Made by a program: the position numbers and the translations under genes
Shown: one piece after another, positions 61,127 to 64,000 of the stretch
How the letters are laid out: every line of letters starts with the position of its first letter
How positions within the stretch are numbered: position 1 is the first letter of the stretch
Notes under the pieces: generated by a model
The model's database searches: none
Told to the model about the DNA's origin: nothing
Seen by the model: the letters and a program-made list of their open reading frames with translations, nothing else
Assembly: GCF_964355755.1 (NCBI RefSeq)
Contig: NC_092680.1
Coordinates: 20,593,045 to 20,657,044 of the forward strand
Direction: 5' to 3'
DNA: 64,000 bases
Source of the DNA: Antedon mediterranea
Taxonomy: Eukaryota; Animalia; Echinodermata

Positions 61127-64000
61127 TGTTACGTGTGACGAGAGTCAGGTGTCACATGTCACATGCAAATGAATCAAGTCGCCGGTGGTCAAGTGGACGA
61201 ATCAGAATGGAGCATGGTGGTGCGCGGTATTTTGGAAAGCTGTGCTGGGTGTGGGATACAAAAAAGGGAGTCACTCAGGAGACAGGGCCAGCTAAGGACG
61301 CTTCCTTAAATGTAGGGTCAGGTGAACCCAAAAGTAGAAAAAGAGAGCCTTTAAGTACAGAAATGTTGATCAAGGAACAAGAAGATGATTCATTTATACA
61401 GAAATTGGGGTCTAGGGTGTTACCTAAGGAGGAGGCGGCAAAACTACCGGTCTGCTTCTATAAAGAAAATAACGTTGTTATGAGAAAATGGAGGCCACGT
61501 CATGCACAGGTACATGATGTGTGGGCTGTGGTACATCAAATTGTAGTCCCGAAAGTCTATCACGACGATGTAATAGGCATAGCCCATGACAACTCTATGT
61601 CAGGGCACTTGGGTGTTAGAAAAACACATGATAAAATTATTCAACATTTCTGGTGGCCATCTCTTAAAAAGGAAGTATCACACTATTGCCGTTTGTGCCA
61701 CATATGCCAGGTTGTGGGAAAGCCAAATAAGAAAATTCCGGTAGCACCGCTTAAGCCAATACCCGCTTTTGGGGAACCATTCAGCAAAGTTATGATAGAT
61801 TGCGTTGGTCCATTGCCAAAAACAAAGTCCGGAAATCAATATCTCCTTACTATTATGTGCTGCTCTACGCGTTTTCCCGAAGCAGTCCCACTTAGAAATA
61901 TTAAGGCAGCAACGGTAGTCAAAGCTTTAATTAAATTCTTCACATTAGTTGGTTTGCCTACATCAATTCAATCTGACCAGGGCACTAATTTTAAATCAGG
62001 GTTATTCCAACAAATTATGTTACAATTGGGCATAGAGCAATCAACATCTAGTGCGTATCACCCAGAGTCTCAAGGTGCTATAGAAAGATTTCACCAAACG
62101 TTAAAAAACATGTTAAGGGCATATTGTGTAGAGTTTCAAAGGGAATGGGACGAAGGGGTACATTTAGTTCTTTTTGCAGCCAGAGAATCTGTACAAGAAA
62201 CATTAGGTTTCAGCCCATTTCAGTTGGTCTTCGGTCACTCCGTGCGGGGACCATTAAAATTGCTGAAAGATAAGTGGCTCCAGGGAGAACTAAATAATGT
62301 AAATTTATTGGATTATGTATGTGACTTTAGGCATAAACTTAACAGGGCGACCGTCATTGCTAAAGCAAATTTAGTAAAAGCACAAACTAAGATGAAAACT
62401 TGGTATGATAAAAATGCAAAAAGCAGGGTTTTTAAACCTGGGGACAAGGTTCTGGCGTTGTTTCCCATTCAGGGGAGCCCAATGCAAGCGCGATTTCACG
62501 GTCCATACAAAATCGACTCAAAAATAAATGATCTAAATTATGTCATAAATACACCAGGGAGACGGAAGAGTAGACAATTATGTCACATTAATATGCTTAA
62601 AAAATATGCCGAACATGGTTCTAGCGATGTAAAACCAAATTGTGCGGCTGTAGCTTGTAACAATGACGGTGGCTCTCACAATGATTTAAAAGAAAAGGGC
62701 AAGGAATATGATTTAAAACTAAGCAACTCTGATGTAATGAACAATTTACAACAAAAGTTAACTCATTTATCAATAGAACAACAGAGTCAATTGAGTACAC
62801 TGGTGAATAAATGGAACGGTATCTTTTCTGACACCCCTAGTGTAACAAATGCTGCAATCCATGATATCATTGTTGGGGATACACAACCTATTAAGCAACA
62901 TCCTTACAGGGTGAATCCAATTAAAATGAAGTATCTCCATAAGGTAATTGAATATATGTTAAAAAATAGTATAATTGAGCTTAGTAAAAGCGACTGGAGT
63001 TCGCCATGCATGCTTGTTCCCAAGTCTGATGGTTCATATAGACTCGTGGCGGATATGCGAGCAGTTAATCGTTGTTCAAAAACAGACTCGTATCTAATTC
63101 CGAAAATTGAAGATTTAATAGATAAGGTGGGGAACGCAAAATTTGTTAGTAAATTTGACCTTTTAAAAGGCTACTGGCAAGTGCCACTAACGCCGCGCGC
63201 CCAGGAAATTTCTGCTTTCTGTACCCCGTTCGGGCTTTATCAATACAGGGTGATGCCGTTTGGCCTTAAGAATGCGCCCGCGACATTTCAGCGAATGGTA
63301 AATCGACTTGTAGCTAACGTAGAAGGCTGCGAGGCGTATGTTGATGACCTGATAGTATACAGTCAAACTTGGGAGCAACACATGCAACAGTTAAATGAAA
63401 TGTTTAAAGCTTTGTCACAAGCAAACCTAACTGTAAACTTAAGTAAGAGTGAATTCTGTCATGCTACGGTTACGTATCTTGGTCATGTTGTGGGGCAGGG
63501 AAGGGTTAGACCCATCAGGGCTAAGGTTGAGAGTATTTATCGGTACCCAGCACCCACAAACAAAAAATCGTTGATGAGGTTTTTAGGGATGGTGGGGTGC
63601 TATCGGAAGTTTTGTCCCAATTTTTCTAGCGTAGCAGGTCCTCTTACAGAATTGCTTAAGAAGAATGTAAAATTTAAGTGGTCAGATATATGTGAAAGTG
63701 CCTTTAGGAAAATTAAGTCTATGCTAATGTGTGAACCAATCCTTATAGCACCGGATTTTAAGAAACAATTCCGTTTGTATGTAGACGCCTGTGATGTGGG
63801 GATTGGTAGCGTTCTCATGCAGAAGAACGTTGATGGGATAGAATGTCCCGTATGTTATTTTTCTAGAAAATTAAGTAAACATCAAATGAATTATTCGACT
63901 ATTGAGAAAGAATGTCTGGCACTATTGGAGTCGTTAACGCATTTTGATGTATATCTAAGCACTACCGTAGACCCAATACTTGTGTTCACTGACCACAACC
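61127..64000 (+). mobile_element. Second, near-identical copy of the deleted Gmr1-like element, running off the window
   Basis: Same LTR start, same deletion junction (gctaaggacgcttccttaaatg) and same pol sequence at +4,908. Confidence 0.92.

Noticed and set aside
52965-64000. Diversity-generating retroelement (RT next to variable repeats)
   Set aside because: The RT is a standard LTR-retrotransposon pol with integrase, RNase H, LTRs and PPT. No template/variable repeat pair is evident, and the array diversity appears older than the insertion.

Overview
AT-rich, intron-rich animal genomic DNA. It is probably from a marine invertebrate deuterostome, inferred from a Deu-domain SINE and a Gmr1-type LTR element. 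Genes were assembled by hand from splice sites. (1) A MOSMO-like tetraspan membrane-protein exon (+). (2) A 5-exon PRXL2B/FAM213B (SelU3-type) gene (-) with an in-frame TGA at the first Cys of the CxxC motif and a well-formed SECIS hairpin about 1 kb downstream, i.e. a selenoprotein the ORF track misses. (3) A frameshifted GNAT acetyltransferase relic. (4) A 17-coding-exon FAM135 gene (+). (5) POLR1H/RPA12 (+). (6) A 5'-incomplete ankyrin-Roc-COR-tandem-DED gene (-). In gene 6 each ankyrin repeat is one phase-0 exon in a ~0.5 kb tandem unit; introns are near-identical while a short patch of the repeat is hypervariable. Two of these exons are being re-duplicated together with a gag-deleted Gmr1-like (IN-RT-RH) retrotransposon in a 4,908 bp tandem unit. 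This looks like a diversifying innate-immune or death-signalling receptor, which is inference. The rest is MITEs, SINEs, LINE and Penelope remnants and minisatellites. All identifications are by motif recognition without database searches, so coordinates may be off by a few bases.
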